Part shown: positions 12,815 through 26,400 of the stretch, piece by piece
How the letters are laid out: each line of letters opens with the position of its first letter
Numbering within the stretch: the stretch's first letter is position 1
Origin: Halocafeteria seosinensis
Lineage: Eukaryota
Assembly: GCA_001687465.1 (NCBI GenBank)
Contig: LVLI01000132.1
Coordinates: 62,001 to 126,000, forward strand
Direction of reading: 5' to 3'
DNA length: 64,000 bases
Notes under the pieces: generated by a model
Database searches by the model: none
What the model was told of the DNA's origin: nothing
Seen by the model: the letters and a program-made list of their open reading frames with translations, nothing else
Position numbers and translations under genes: made by a program

Positions 12815-15800
12815 CTAACCAGTCTCTTCCTCCATATATGAAGTTTCGCTGCTTAACCTGGATATTCCACGGCCTCCGGAGACCATACCCGCCTGCCCGG
12901 TTGCAGGGACTGGAGGACGCCAAGAGCGCCGGCTGCTGTTGTTAGGGAGCATCGGAACCTCGATGCTACCAGAGGCTTTTGCTTCAGCATAACTACCGAA
13001 TTGGGCTTCTTCCATCCGGGGGTAATGAGCTGCGTCCGCATCCATACTGGAGAGATCCGGGAACTGCCCTGACGCAAATTGCCCAGACGTAATGCTCCCA
13101 CTATCCTGGGGACGCAAAGGTGGTGGCCCGCGTGATGCTTGGGGCAAATTAGGCAAATCGCCTGAAGCGAAGACACCTCCTCTTGTACTATGTTGACTCA
13201 GGAACGCACTTCTCCGATCGAAGGGCGCCGCGCCCGATCGCTGAGCAGGAGGTTCAGCAAACCTTGTGGATGCATGCCCGGTCCCGGCTGGCCATTGTAC
13301 CGAAGGGCCCGCGCTTGGCTCATAACCAGGTTGCAGTGGGGAAGCCCAATTACCGGAGAGACTCTGCTCTGCAGAGGCGAATTGCACAGATTGGGACATA
13401 GGGGCCATGTTGGTCGTTCTTCCAACCGCACCCGGAACGGTTCCTGATTGACTACCGAGGCTCGAGTAATTGGGAGCGGTCCACATACCTCCGGCGTTAC
13501 TTTGTCCACCTATGTGTGGCCTACTTAGTGCACTTTGAGAATCGTATTGCGAGTAGGCAGCTGACAGTAACTGATTCCCCATGGAACCACTCTGAGGAGT
13601 GGTTTGCGCTGAGTAAGTTCCCTCGTAATTCAAATCTCTAGACTCAGACAGGGAAGCGTCGCCTTGCACCACACTTTGAGGAGAAAACGCTGTTGCATAA
13701 TGACCACCCTCTCCAAACATGTCCACGCCGCCACTCCTTGCGTTAACACCCATGGCACTTCTTGGAGTTATGACGCTGCTACCGAAAGGAGGCGCTCCAC
13801 GGGGCATTCCAGACGTACTGGTTGTTGCAGCTCCTTGGGAAGTTCTAGCTGCCATTTCAGCGCGCGCATCTTCGAGTGCTTTACGGTATCCCGCTTCGTA
13901 ACCTGTCTGAAAGTTGCCACTAGCCACATTGCCGCCACTAGTTGGTGCACTGTTTACCGAGTATCCCTGAGTGGAGTGGGTTCCAACGGTACTCCAAGGC
14001 ATGCTGGTTACGTTCGGCTTTGTAAGACCTGTGCTCCCACTGCCTACGACGGAAACTTGAGCATTAAGGCTTTCTTCACTATTGTTAGAGCCGAGCTCTT
14101 TTTCCTTTGTTTGCTTGACTCGCGGACGACGCGTTGCTGAGCTTTCCGATGACGAGCTATCCGGTACTTCCGGTATTGCACCTCCTGCCATGCCAGCTAT
14201 GGACGGGAGGTTGTAGGAGGATCCGCCTTCGGACTTTTCCAGCAGAAAATCGGATGCTTCAGAAGCAGCCACAGCTTGCTTCTTTTTCACATCATTGTCG
14301 TCATCGTCCTCGAACTCATCAGCGAATGGGTCCAATTTGCTCGCTAGATCCGCAAGTGGAGATACAGCATAACTTATATTGGCCCAATCAATGTCAGAGA
14401 AAAACGAATGAGCCATGATGCTTCGCACACCGTCACGTCCTCCTAACCGGTGAGCTGGGTCTGGATGTAAAAGGGCATGCAACAGTTGGATGACGTCCTG
14501 AGGCAGTCCTGGAGGAAGCTTGCTCCAGTTAATCTTGTTCTTCATGATATTCTCTTGCACCTGTCGCCTCGTAGTGCCGGAAAAGGGATAAAAGCCGGAC
14601 AGTAGCCGAAAAGCGAGTACACCCACTGCAAAGTAGTCAGACGCAAGACCAGTTTTCCTCATCAGTGTCTCGGGGGCCATATAATGCGGAGTTCCCGCGA
14701 TTGTATTTACCGTTGGACCTAGGGAGTTCGCCACTCCGAACTTCATGCTGGGCCGGCTTGGACGAGTTTTTGCTTGGCTCGTGATGAAAGGGGAGCTCCT
14801 CTTGGCACTGGTGTTAATGTAATCGAAATAGGTTGATCTATTACTACCTGAAGAAGCAACACTCGTCGTTTCAGCGGAACTAGATCCCTTTGATGCAAAT
14901 CCCCCAAGTTGATCAAGCATCTGCTTTGTCGCCACACCACTACTTGTTGTACTACTCTCACGAGGTAGCATGTTGCCACTGCCGTCAGCGTTCTGTACAC
15001 TAAGGGGACCTCGGCTAAGACTTGCCTTCATCCTATTAAAATCATCACCCATCAAGCCAGCAAATTCATGGCTCTGGTATGCCGACTCCCCTCCCCCTTT
15101 ACTCTTTGAGTAGTCGGCATAGGATGCCGTACTTTGCTGACCCATGCGGAGCAAGGCATTGTCTGCAAAGTTACTTCGTTCACTGTCCTTAGTAGACCTA
15201 AACGCCGCATTGTCCTCCGCATGATGTTGCAATGTTCTAACACGTTTCAATGCTGCTTCCCTTTGCTCATTCGTGTGCCTCGCCAAGAGGCAAACGGCGC
15301 GCAAGGACTGTCGACTGAAAGGCATAGCAATACACATTGCAGCTCCTTCGGCGGCGTACTTTTGAGCAAACAGCTGCTGCCATTCACCCGCGGGCGCTGT
15401 AAAAATTACAGCTGCAGGCAACTGAGAGGCAGCAGAAACCTCTTGTGACAAGGCATACCTCATCTGTAGAGCAGGGAGTGCCATCTCCGGATGCCCCAAG
15501 CAGTGGATTAGGAAAGCATCGAAAATTGGAGCATCACGCCTTAGCGTCGTCTCAGCTTCTTCCAGTGTGTTCACTTTGACTAAGTGGACGGATTTGGATC
15601 GAAGAGATGCCGCCACATCACGGCGCTGAGCCCGTGGGGAGAGCCAGCTAGGCTTCAGCGATCCTGGAACTGCTCCATCCGCGACAGCTGCTTGAGGGAG
15701 GCCTGCTTGCGACGCATGCTGACTGGCATATAGACTCGTCAAGTACTGAATAAACTGACCTCCATCGTCTAGCGTCAACAGCAACACCGTTGTGGCTTTA

Positions 15801-18800
15801 TCGAAATTGCGACGATTCTTGTTGCCCCTACTTTCCTGTTCTTCTGCCGTGCCTTGCTCGGGAATGCTGCCTAACGCATAACTCTGTTCATTTTGTTTTT
15901 CCGCCTGTTGATTCTTAGATACGGCAGCCAGCCGGTACTTCTGTGGATTATACAGCCTCTTGACGACTCTATTATCCGGAGCTGGGATCAGACTTTGCAG
16001 AAGCGCAACAAGGTTTTCTGAAAAAGGAGAATCACGAGATATAGCGTTGGCAGCTTGCTCGAAGGCGTTAGAGTAAGAATACGAATCGGAATTGCTCTTG
16101 TACGCGGAATTGCTTTGTTCTGACGTCTCATTTGTGTCCAACGATCTGCGAAGACGGGACGGCTGGTCTTCCTTTGACTCGGGAGCAGAATCGGCAGATC
16201 GCTCGACCGCCTTTTCATCTTCGGATTGAACAGTTTTCTGTCTCCCCTTGTCACTCACTTTCCTATCGGGAACAGAACCCTGAGATGCTTCATTAGTTTC
16301 TACAGAAGACGTATCGTTCACGGAATCGTTCACTGAACCAGATGGTGCGGAACTACCTTCAATAAACGCCGATGGTGTGTTCATTGAAGCCGCCACTTCA
16401 CTGGGAGTCTCCAGAGGATTCACTAGAACCGACAAACCAAAGTCTATAATTTTCACATGCCCTTCCCGAGTGATCATGAGGTTCTTTTCAGCAACATCCC
16501 GATGAAGAATTCCCAAACTATGCAAAAACCCCACTCCAAGAAGAACCTCAGCCAGCAACAGTTTAACAGTTTCGACATTCAGCTTTCCCTCATAACGAAG
16601 CAAAATGTCAAGCGGAATGCCACGCACATGTTCCATCACTAACCAAATTTCATCGTTCCCCGTCAAGCAGCATAAGAAATCCACCACATTCGGATGTCGT
16701 TGCCGCGCAGAAAGGGCTTTCAGTTCGGCTTGGAGAGACTTGCTACGCACCTGAGTAGCATTGAAACGTTTAATTGCAAACACATTGCCACTGGGTTTAT
16801 GAAGAGCCAAATAGACGGTAGCATACTGTCCGGCGCCCAATCCTTGAAGCAATTTGAAATCTCCGAAACTCACCCTCGAGTGCTCGGATGCTTCTTTGTG
16901 CTTCTTGTTACTTTTACCTTTCTTGTGGTGTTTTCCAAGTTCCTCGTCTTCACCTTTAGCTTGTTCGGCATTCTCTTTAATAACATATCCTTGAGAAGTC
17001 ATGGTTCCTTCTCCATACAGCTTCTCCGAAAACTCTTCAAGCGCCCCAGGGTCATCAGCAGGGACAAACGACGACAATTCTGCTGCAAGTTCGGGAGAAA
17101 GGCGGCGTGTTAACACTACCAGCACACCGTCAACTTCCATAATCGTAGTAGACGCCCAACGCCACTGAACTACCGAAGGAGCAGACTTTAAGTCAGCTTT
17201 CCTGTCTCCGGCCGCACAAACCACGCGGTGCTGCATACAAACTGCAACAGGACCGGTCCAACTTTGCACTTCCCACTTCTCGACGTATCGGTCTTCGTCA
17301 GCATCATACAATCGATATACATGTTCCTCATTAATTTTCTCCGGTACCAATACTACAGCCGCCGTTGGTGCAGCAGCAAATTTGTACTGCTGCAAATACT
17401 TTCTTCTTCCTGCATAATTTGCAGACACAAGAGCGTCCAATGCCTGGCAGAACGCGTCTTGGTCGAATGGATGAATGACGTCGAACAACTTCTTCCCTAC
17501 AAGCTCACTGTTTGCGATACCGTAAAGTCCAAGAGATCCTGAAGAGACAGTTGCAAACGTTATATCGTCATAGTTCGCTCTCGTTCGGTGTATGTCAGGA
17601 TGAAAAACATGTGCCTCCTCTGCGGTCCCTGCATCGGGCTGAGCTAGACATATAGTAAGGACTTCTTCCTGATCGTCAACTACAGGGAGAAGATAGTGAA
17701 GCAGTGGCTGTAACTCGTCCATCGGGATCTTTTCGCATTCGGGAAGTGGTGTCAAACCTGGGCTCATAGCCCCGTTATTCGCTGCAGAGTGGTTGCTATC
17801 AAAGTACGAAGATACCTCATCCGGAAGAACTACGCTCTTGAATTTAACAGTTTCGGCAGCTATTGCAGAACAGTTATCAAGCGATTTATCCACTTCGGGG
17901 TCCCAGTGTAATACGCTAACAAAACTTCTCTGGGAAGAAATCCCTGCTGCTGAGCCAGAGACTGCACGCCTGTTTGTGTAATCTCGGGAGGCTGTATTTC
18001 TCGGAGCTGTAAGCGGCCACCTTTCGCGAAAGAGGAAACCAAACCAAGTGCAAGAACGTAACAACGCTTGAGCGGCTGAATCACTTAGTGCAATTAAGCG
18101 CGGCTTCCTCACCAGCGCCGCCATTTCTTCCGCCTGGAACACTGTAGGGCCATAAATATCATAGCGTACAGCCCTGGAGCCCAGCAACCCTGACAATATA
18201 GGGCCGGTATGCATCGTGGCCGAACACGCGATATCAACTCCGAAGTCTTTGCTCAACTCCTGAAGCTGACGATTGATATAGTTACAAGCACTCATAGCGC
18301 TCCACGCGCTATGTGTTTTTTGGTATGTTAAAGCAACTCCATCCCTCAGTTGCTCAACAACGCGTTTTTCTGTCCCTCTTCCAATTTTCGGACGGTACAC
18401 TTCATCGAACGCATTGTACCCCTGCCGAACACCAGGAGGTACGGTTTCCGATGAACTGCTTGGCGTTTCGTCTGCTTCTGGTAAACCAAACACTGCTATA
18501 AATAGGCTTCCTACAATACGAGCTCGTTTGCCGCCGTACATTTCAACGGCTTGGTCACATACACTAGCAAGTGTCGCAAAGACAGCAAACAAATCAGTTG
18601 GCTGAAGTAGCCCAACCAAGCTTTGAAGAGGTATCATGTTCACCACGAGCACAGTCGCTCCGTGCACTGATTCGACGAGCAACCCTCGAACACGACGGGT
18701 AAATAGACTAGACTTAATTTCACCGCCACTCCGCGCCCCTAAATCCCGGGGCCTTGGTGTAATTATTGGGCTAGCGCCCGCCTCATCTTCATCGCCCTCA

Positions 18801-21800
18801 TTCCCATCTTCGACACAGAGTCTAAACACATGCGATGGAAACAATACGCGAAAAGCCTTCGTTAACGTTTCGGATTGAGCATGAGTCTTTTCGTGACTCG
18901 TTTGCATGCCCCATTGACTCAGAGCCATCCGCATCATCGCCAATTCCTGCCGATAACGTGTAAGGATGTTAAAGAACAAAAGGAACGTGTCAACGATCCA
19001 TATTTTCAACGGGGAGACAATGTCCTCGCAATCGATTGTATCGCCATCGACTGACACTGTGTAATCTTCGTTGATACCCCTCGTGACACCCCAGCTCACA
19101 GAGACAACCATCAACCAAAATGATACCAGAAGTATTGAGCTTTTCACTGCTGGTCCAAAACTGAGGTCTGAGAGTGTCAAAATGTACAGTCCAACTCCAG
19201 TCACAATCCAGTGAGCAGCCCGTTGATTCTCGATACAGAAATGATCGTAGCCAGGTACGGTAACAACAGTTGCGATATCAAGGAAAACCTGCTCCGCACA
19301 TAGCACCAGCACCAATCCGGTGAGGATGACGAGCTGAAAACCATGATCACGAGTGAGAAGCCACCTGTTCATATGCTCCATTCTTCCCATACTTGTCTGT
19401 TGAGAAACCGGTGCCTCACCTGCGCGGTGTGGGTAGTGGGTCTCCCCATTCGCGATCTGAGAACTCCCCTTCTCCGTAAAGTCCGACTTGGCGTCCTTAA
19501 GAACTCGTGTTGTAGACTTCGTCTTGTTACTGCCTGCCTGTTCACGACTATATTGTTCTGTCAGTTCCGTCCCGGAGCCATCCCTGTCTATATCCATATA
19601 TCGCATATGAAGCAAGGCCCGAAAGCTTGCAAGTGCTAACACGCATACCATCCCTGCAAACACTACCCACTGGTGAGCAAGCTCAAAATACCTATCTGAA
19701 GTCAGTCCTTGAACACTTATGTGCATGACAATACTTAGAGCCACAAAAACAGCAAGAGTAACATGGGAAGTTGCATGCGCTCGGGTTATGGCAGCGGCTA
19801 CCCCAGGGTGAACTTGGCGGGCGTTGGCGAACCACACAACGTTGTCATAGAAAGGTGTCTTCCGGAACCATGGGGCGGAAAGAATGTATTGAAGAACTTT
19901 CAGCATACACGAACCTTTCTCATTATCCCTTTCACCGACAGAATCGTGCTGGCTGATAGAACTCGAGCCAGTATCAGTGTTGGAGTAAGATTCCGCTGCA
20001 GCAACAAAGTTGTCTTCCCCGGATTGTAACGCTTCTGCGTGCTTGCGCTTAATTTCCCGTCCAAGCTGGATCAACGATTTCAGTTTCTTTTGGAGAGCAT
20101 CATCCATTTCATTGCCCTGTCTTTCTCCGCGAGCTGCAGCTGCCATCATATCACTGGACACCATGCCTGCGGTGCCGCGTGCAGCTGCTGCAGATGTCAC
20201 CTGAGGAGAGATTCCGCTTCCAATTGGGTAAGCGGTAGACATTTGAATACCTAAAGGCATACTCCCCAATGCGCCAGTCCCCAATCCGGAAGAAGAAATG
20301 ATTCCATGTCCCATAGTAACAGGAACAGGCGCCGTGGTGGAAGGTAGCAAAGACTGGTTTGTTGTCATCGGCAACGTTAATCCTGACGTCATGGGTAACG
20401 TCATGCCCGCATAAGCGGGTCCAAGGCTTGTAGCTGCGAGATGCCCTTCCTGTGGCATCCCCTTGCCAAACGCTGACCCGAAATCAAAGTCGTAGGAAAA
20501 TTTACTCCATCCAGCATAGCTTTCTGTACCACTGTCTTCGGCATTAGCCGGCATTCCGCGATTTAACATGGCAGCGCTTGCAGTGGGAAGATGCAAGGCT
20601 GTCGACGGATTGGGCACCATGCTAGCGGCATCGTGTGCCGGTACCCCTTGTGTCCGCTCAGGCGAAAAGCATCGATAATACTGTGAGGTGTAGCCGTGAT
20701 GATTATTTATTCGCGGCATTGGATAGCACTCCTGGAATGCGAAACGCGACACAAAAAAATGCTGTCCAACGAACCTCAGAGTTGATTGGGCAACTGCAAT
20801 AGAGTTTTGAGACAACGTTGATAAAAGGTGCGCTTCGGTTACAGCGTCGCCAACAGCTTCATATTGGTGTATTCCGGAGCCGAAAACCCCGGCTACCGTT
20901 GTCTCTGTACCGACCCCAATGCTTAAACGGACATCCAATTTCCCAGTGGGCATTGTACTTATCCGTTCCATACATGCCACAGCAAATTTTAAGATATTCT
21001 GCGCCCCTATCGAAGGGGAGCCAGTTTCATCGAAGCTCTCCGGCCTATCGTCGTCGAGACCGCATGCACCCACCCAACTTTGCCCTACATTTTTTATCTT
21101 ATCGACCCCATAAGACTTACTAAGCTTGTCAAATGCGACGAAAATAGAGTTCAACATTTCCAATTCTTCATTTGTATCGTCCGTTGCATGTACCTCCGGG
21201 TGGGCTATGGGTGATACCGTGGAGTGCAGACGCGAAAAGGGCGTGAACGGTGAGCTGACGACCCCCGCCGCGGCACTTCTTTGTATCCCACCAGCGGACG
21301 ACACCCCCAGTGTAGTAGGTATCTCATCATGGTCACCTACGTCAAGATGATTTACTACGCTTGTCCTCTTGAATATACGTACTTGGGCAAAGATGATAGT
21401 ACTTATGGCTTGACGAGCGATCTCGCCGCGCTGTTGCTGCCTTAGAATAAAATCAGGGTATTGCATCGTGATCAAGTGAGCCTTCATATTTCTGTATTGG
21501 CAGCGAAGGAACACAGATGACAATAAAACAAAACAATTTGTTGCAAGAATCCCACAACACCAAAAACGTTACCTGATTGCTCGAGTGTCGCGCTCTAAGG
21601 CTCGTTGCTGTATGTTGGAGAAAAACTGGATCCTCTGAGCCTTTTCTCTATAGTATTTTTGCGTGGCAAAACCTAGAAATAAAAGTGCGGCTGCAAGAAT
21701 CAACCGACGACATATCTAAGAGCGTTAAATTAACAAAGGCGAAGTCAAGCAAAAACATACATAGGAGTGTATAGTGCACAAACAACTCCACCGAGAAATA

Positions 21801-22828
21801 GCCGTTATCCCATTGAGAAATGAGTGATGCAAAGTAGATCACCCATCCAACAAACGCCCCTAATACAGAGTCAATAAACCGAGTAGGAAAGAAGTAGAAC
21901 GCCGACCAAACGGATAGAAGCACCACATGAATGATGAGTGATCCACGCCGATCAGTTGCTATCTGGGCGAACAATGGCCAAATGAATATTCTCAAGTGCA
22001 ATGTGAACGAGAAAGAAAGCCACTCCTTACCTCTAAAATAAACGGAACTATGAAAAAGGTGGCACCACATAGTGCACTGAGAACAGGAGATACCTTTCCT
22101 GGGAACTTTGAGAACATGTCGTGGATCACCTTGGATAGAGGAGAATAGTTCGCAGAGACTTGCTGTCCGCTCTCCCTTCCACCATATTCAAGCACTCTAT
22201 GTTGCTGGTATACCAATGCAGCGTATATACCAATTATTCCTAAACAAATAGCATACACAGTCACCGCCATCCACGCTGGAACAAGGGTTTGATCCTCCTG
22301 CATATTTCAATCAATACCGCGATTTCGTTGCTTACGATACCTAATCGACTGACAGCACTTACGAGGGTGGTCCACCTAAGGATATACGGATTCAGTACCC
22401 AGTGTACTATAACAAAAGCAACCGCGAAGAGGAAGGCTCTCAAGGCGGCCAAGAGGGCCGCCGTTTTCCACGAGGTGTACTCGTGACGATGTCTTCCTGG
22501 TACGGGGGCGACAGTTTGGGCAATAGAAATGAACACATCCTCAGCTTCAGTCTCTCGAAACCTCAGCGTAATTGGCTTCATAAAACGCTTCCAGAACTGT
22601 TCGACTTGTTCATGAGAGAGTAGATTACTAGGGGCATCCTCAGTTTTCGATTGCTTCTCAAAGGCCGGGAAGCGCATGCGTTCCACACGATGCCTGACTT
22701 CCGTCAGCTTTCGCACGAGCTCAGAAATACCCGCCGCATTTGAGCTCGTCTTTTGTTGCTGTGAATCCTCCATGCTGCTCTGGTCGAATGAAATGGATTC
22801 GCCACCGACACCCGGGGAAGGACTAGAC
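12815..22828 (-). CDS. Giant multidomain membrane protein: TM block, cyclase-like C1, TM block, cyclase-like C2, PAS, AGC-type kinase with receiver-like insert, low-complexity tail (5' end uncertain)
   Basis: A 2902-aa ORF plus upstream TM-coding exons (22261-22833, 21992-22303, 21648-22070, ~21573-21690) splice in frame to give ...YREKAQRIQFF...LITMQYPDFIL...TIIFAQV. Kinase motifs: GAGQYATV, FAIK, HRD, DFG, GTPHYMAPE. Confidence 0.85.
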
Positions 22829-23429
22829 TGCAATTCAGACCATCAATGAAAGCCAATTTTTTCCATCCAAGGGCAATATGAGATACATTTCTCATAAACA
22901 TACCGAATAAGAGTGCCGAATGATATGTGCAAGTCTCTCGGTAAATAAGAAAACAGGGGGTCAAAAAAGCCCTCCTTAACCCAGGATGATGCTGACTAAT
23001 ACAGTCTCTATTATTATACCGCGCACGCCTCCCCTTTGGGCAAGGAACAAATACACACCTCCACCACGTGTGTATGTGTGCGTGGCCACCATCCAAATAA
23101 CAATCCTATTATATTTACCCCGATACAAGGACTAACATGGATGACGTAATCCAGTCTCCCTCTTTCCACGGGCCGCGGCGTAGGTCCATTGATACAGTAC
23201 GCAGGAGTAGAACACGTGGACGTATTGACAGGATACGCATACATGCATTGGACAGTCGTATTGTAAAATTTTTAAGATTCGTGGCACTGGTGTGTGAGGT
23301 GAAGAACAAGGAGCCCTGATCGGGAAATCGCTTGCTTGAGGGGCCTCCTGCCAACCACTGAGATCTCACGAATACCGAATAGATAGACTGTACTAGGCAC
23401 ACAGGGGAAACGAAAACTTCATACAGGAT

Positions 23430-26400
23430 TTACCGATTATCGTTTCCGTCCATAGAAGTGTCATCAGCATCTCCGAAATTTGAGCGATCCCAAGTTTTTG
23501 AAACTTCCTCAGGAAGCTCATACCCGCTTTCTTTATCCATGACCTCATCGAAACTCTGTGTTAAACCTACGGCCCCAGTTGCTTCAGCAGCATCGGTGAC
23601 ATGCAATGGAGAGGCTCCGCCATCCATACCGATAGCAGCTTCTTCGTCATTTTGGTCATAGGAGTGAGCGACATTTAACCCCGTTGACACAAGTGCTGCC
23701 ACATCACTGGCACTTGGCGCAGTGCCTGGCACGGCTCTGTTAAAATCGACAGGAGTATCAGTTGGAAAACCAGAAGTGGCTATATGACTAGTGGTAGACC
23801 CCTGAGGGAGTGATGTCACAGTCATCTCCACGTTCTCCACAGGCCTATACTGTCTGCCGGCAGTCGTTGCACCAATTACAGCGTCGAGCGTGGCATCGGC
23901 CACCGTGCCCGTGACCGGAACCACACCCATAGATACACTCCCAGACTCTTCATCTGCGTTTGTGTTAGCATATGAGCTACTTACAGCTGTCATTACATGG
24001 GAGAAGTTAGAATAGCCTTGGGCATTTCCATTGCTGCTCTCATTTCGGTCGCTGGCTGTGGCAATTGGTGCCGACATGTACGCAGAGCTGTGTCTCATAT
24101 CACCCTCCCTCGAACTCGGAGGAGCACCTTGATATTGAAAGAATGTATGCCGATTCGCATTAAAGTCGTACTGCATTGTTGAGGGGGCAACATTGCTGTC
24201 CTCCTTCTCACGCGTAATTTGTGTTGAGTCTCCGCCGGCAGATTCCACACCTGCTGTATTCACATGGTCTGACCACTGTTGGCTCAAATTCATCGGTACC
24301 GACACACCGGCAGTGTACGTTGTGGTGAACGCGCCTGAGGTCGAAGAAGGTGTAGATGTTGTCAGCAATACTGGCATGATTGAGGGCGCGGGTGGAAACA
24401 ACCCATCCAATCGTCCATCGATAGCATCTTTTACTGAGACGACGCTGCCCGCTCGTCGCGCTGCCTCCGCGGCAAACACTATAAGATGGGACTCCAACGA
24501 TTCATCAGGACCAGATAAGACAAACTGCCGATCTCCGGTCGATATCGCCCTCGTGAATGCTTCAATGAGGAAAAAGTCTGCCCCATTGTGCCCTACTAAA
24601 GACGTATACGGAGGAGCCCCTTCCGTTTCGTGAATAACTGCTCGGCGAGTTGTAAAATCAAAATGTCGAATCATACTGTCCCCGTCTCCATCGAGTTCAC
24701 CGAGACTCCCAAAAATTCTAGTCCTCCTTTGACAAATGTGCTCCGTAAACGCAGCGGTAGTCAATGTCGCCGTCACACCCCCTTGGAACTGCATATTGAC
24801 TACTTGATGGTCAGCAACATCGTTATCGCAGGACCACACACACCGACCGTAGGGCCCGTTGCGCAATGCATCTTCTACAGCTTCTACCGATGGTTCTGTC
24901 CAGAAAGAGAGTACAATCAAGTTTCCGAGAGCTGAAGAATCAGCTTCCTGCTGTCTCCACTTACCATCGTCCAGAATGATACTAACAGGCCATCCATAGT
25001 CGCCATATTTTGCTCTGTCCAGGTAGATTTTCTTGGCGCTGTAGGGGCAATTCTCCTCAATTGCACAGTCTAAGCATCTTTCCGCGGCACCATCCGGTCG
25101 CTTATCTCTACGAAAATGTGTTAGGTCACCAAAACTAGAGACTCGAATACAAGCCTTGTCTATGATATAGCGTATAAGGTCCACATCGTGGCAGCACTTG
25201 GCCATCAGCATGAAGGTCGAATCAGCTTCCCTGTATACATTCCCAGTGAAAATAGGTACAAATTTGTCGGTTACCCTCAAACAAAGATCCACTTACTTGC
25301 TCCATGGGCCCCTAACATAACTGTGAGCAAAGTGCCAATTTCCAATAGGTTCAAGGTGTTGAATGTTGATTACTTCACCAATGGCACCCTGCAAAGAAAT
25401 ATCATCGTTTGATAGTGCATTATTTCCACATTCAAGGCAAACACAATACATACTGATTTAATAATCTCTTTGATCTTTTGAACGTAGGGGGTATACCGTA
25501 ATACATGACCTATAGCAAGCACCACATTATTCCGTTTCACCGCCTCGACTATGCGTCTGCAATCGGCAGCCGAACCTGCAGAAGAAAAAGAAAATGCCAT
25601 CCAGCATAAGAATTTTGAGCCTCAGCTAGTTAAAAAGGTATCGCTTACCAGCCATCGGCTTCTCCAATAAGATATGGTAGCCCTTTTCAGCAAACATTAC
25701 GGCAGGATCTACATGCATGTTATCCTGCAACCAGAGCCCGCGTCTTGTAGTTTGAACAATCCGTGAATAATGTAATTTGGCTGTGCTCGCTTACTTGTGT
25801 GGTGATACACACAGCATCTGCTAATTTTGGCTCATGAGCCAGTTTTTTCCAGTCGTCGAACAAACGATCTTCCGGTAAATTGTGCCTACGTCTCATTAGC
25901 TCGCGGTGGAACTGTCGGGGTTCCGCCACCCCGGTCACTTTTAGTAAATGGGGGTTTTCAATAGCATAGCGAGAATAAGTCTGAACGATATCGAATATCA
26001 ACCAAAGACTACTGCTGGGAGGTACTGGATGGGAGCACATACCTTCCCACGAGCACCAGCTCCGATAACAATCATAGACACGCATCTGGGCGTTCTTCGG
26101 CCCTCCTCGTAAGACATACCGGGAGAGGCACCACTAGAAATATCATCCTCTACCTCCATTTTTTGATTGCTTTGTCGTGAACCCGTGTATTGCACTTCTT
26201 TCCGCGAAGAATCTGAAATCCACAAGCTCGATTCAAATTCGACGGTCGTGGAAGAGTTTATCTCGGGCGCTGTCAAAGTAAAAAACCCATAAACAAAAGT
26301 TACTTTCCCTTGTCTTCTCACTGCGGTGGTAGCATTAACACCACTTACTTTGCTCCTGCCGGGGTTTATCCGTGACCGTATTGTAGCGTTGGTCTAGTTT

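Noticed and set aside
13183..21350. Numerous antisense and alternate-frame ORFs over the giant gene (and over other long CDSs)
   Set aside because: These are expected shadow ORFs of long coding regions and have no independent motifs.
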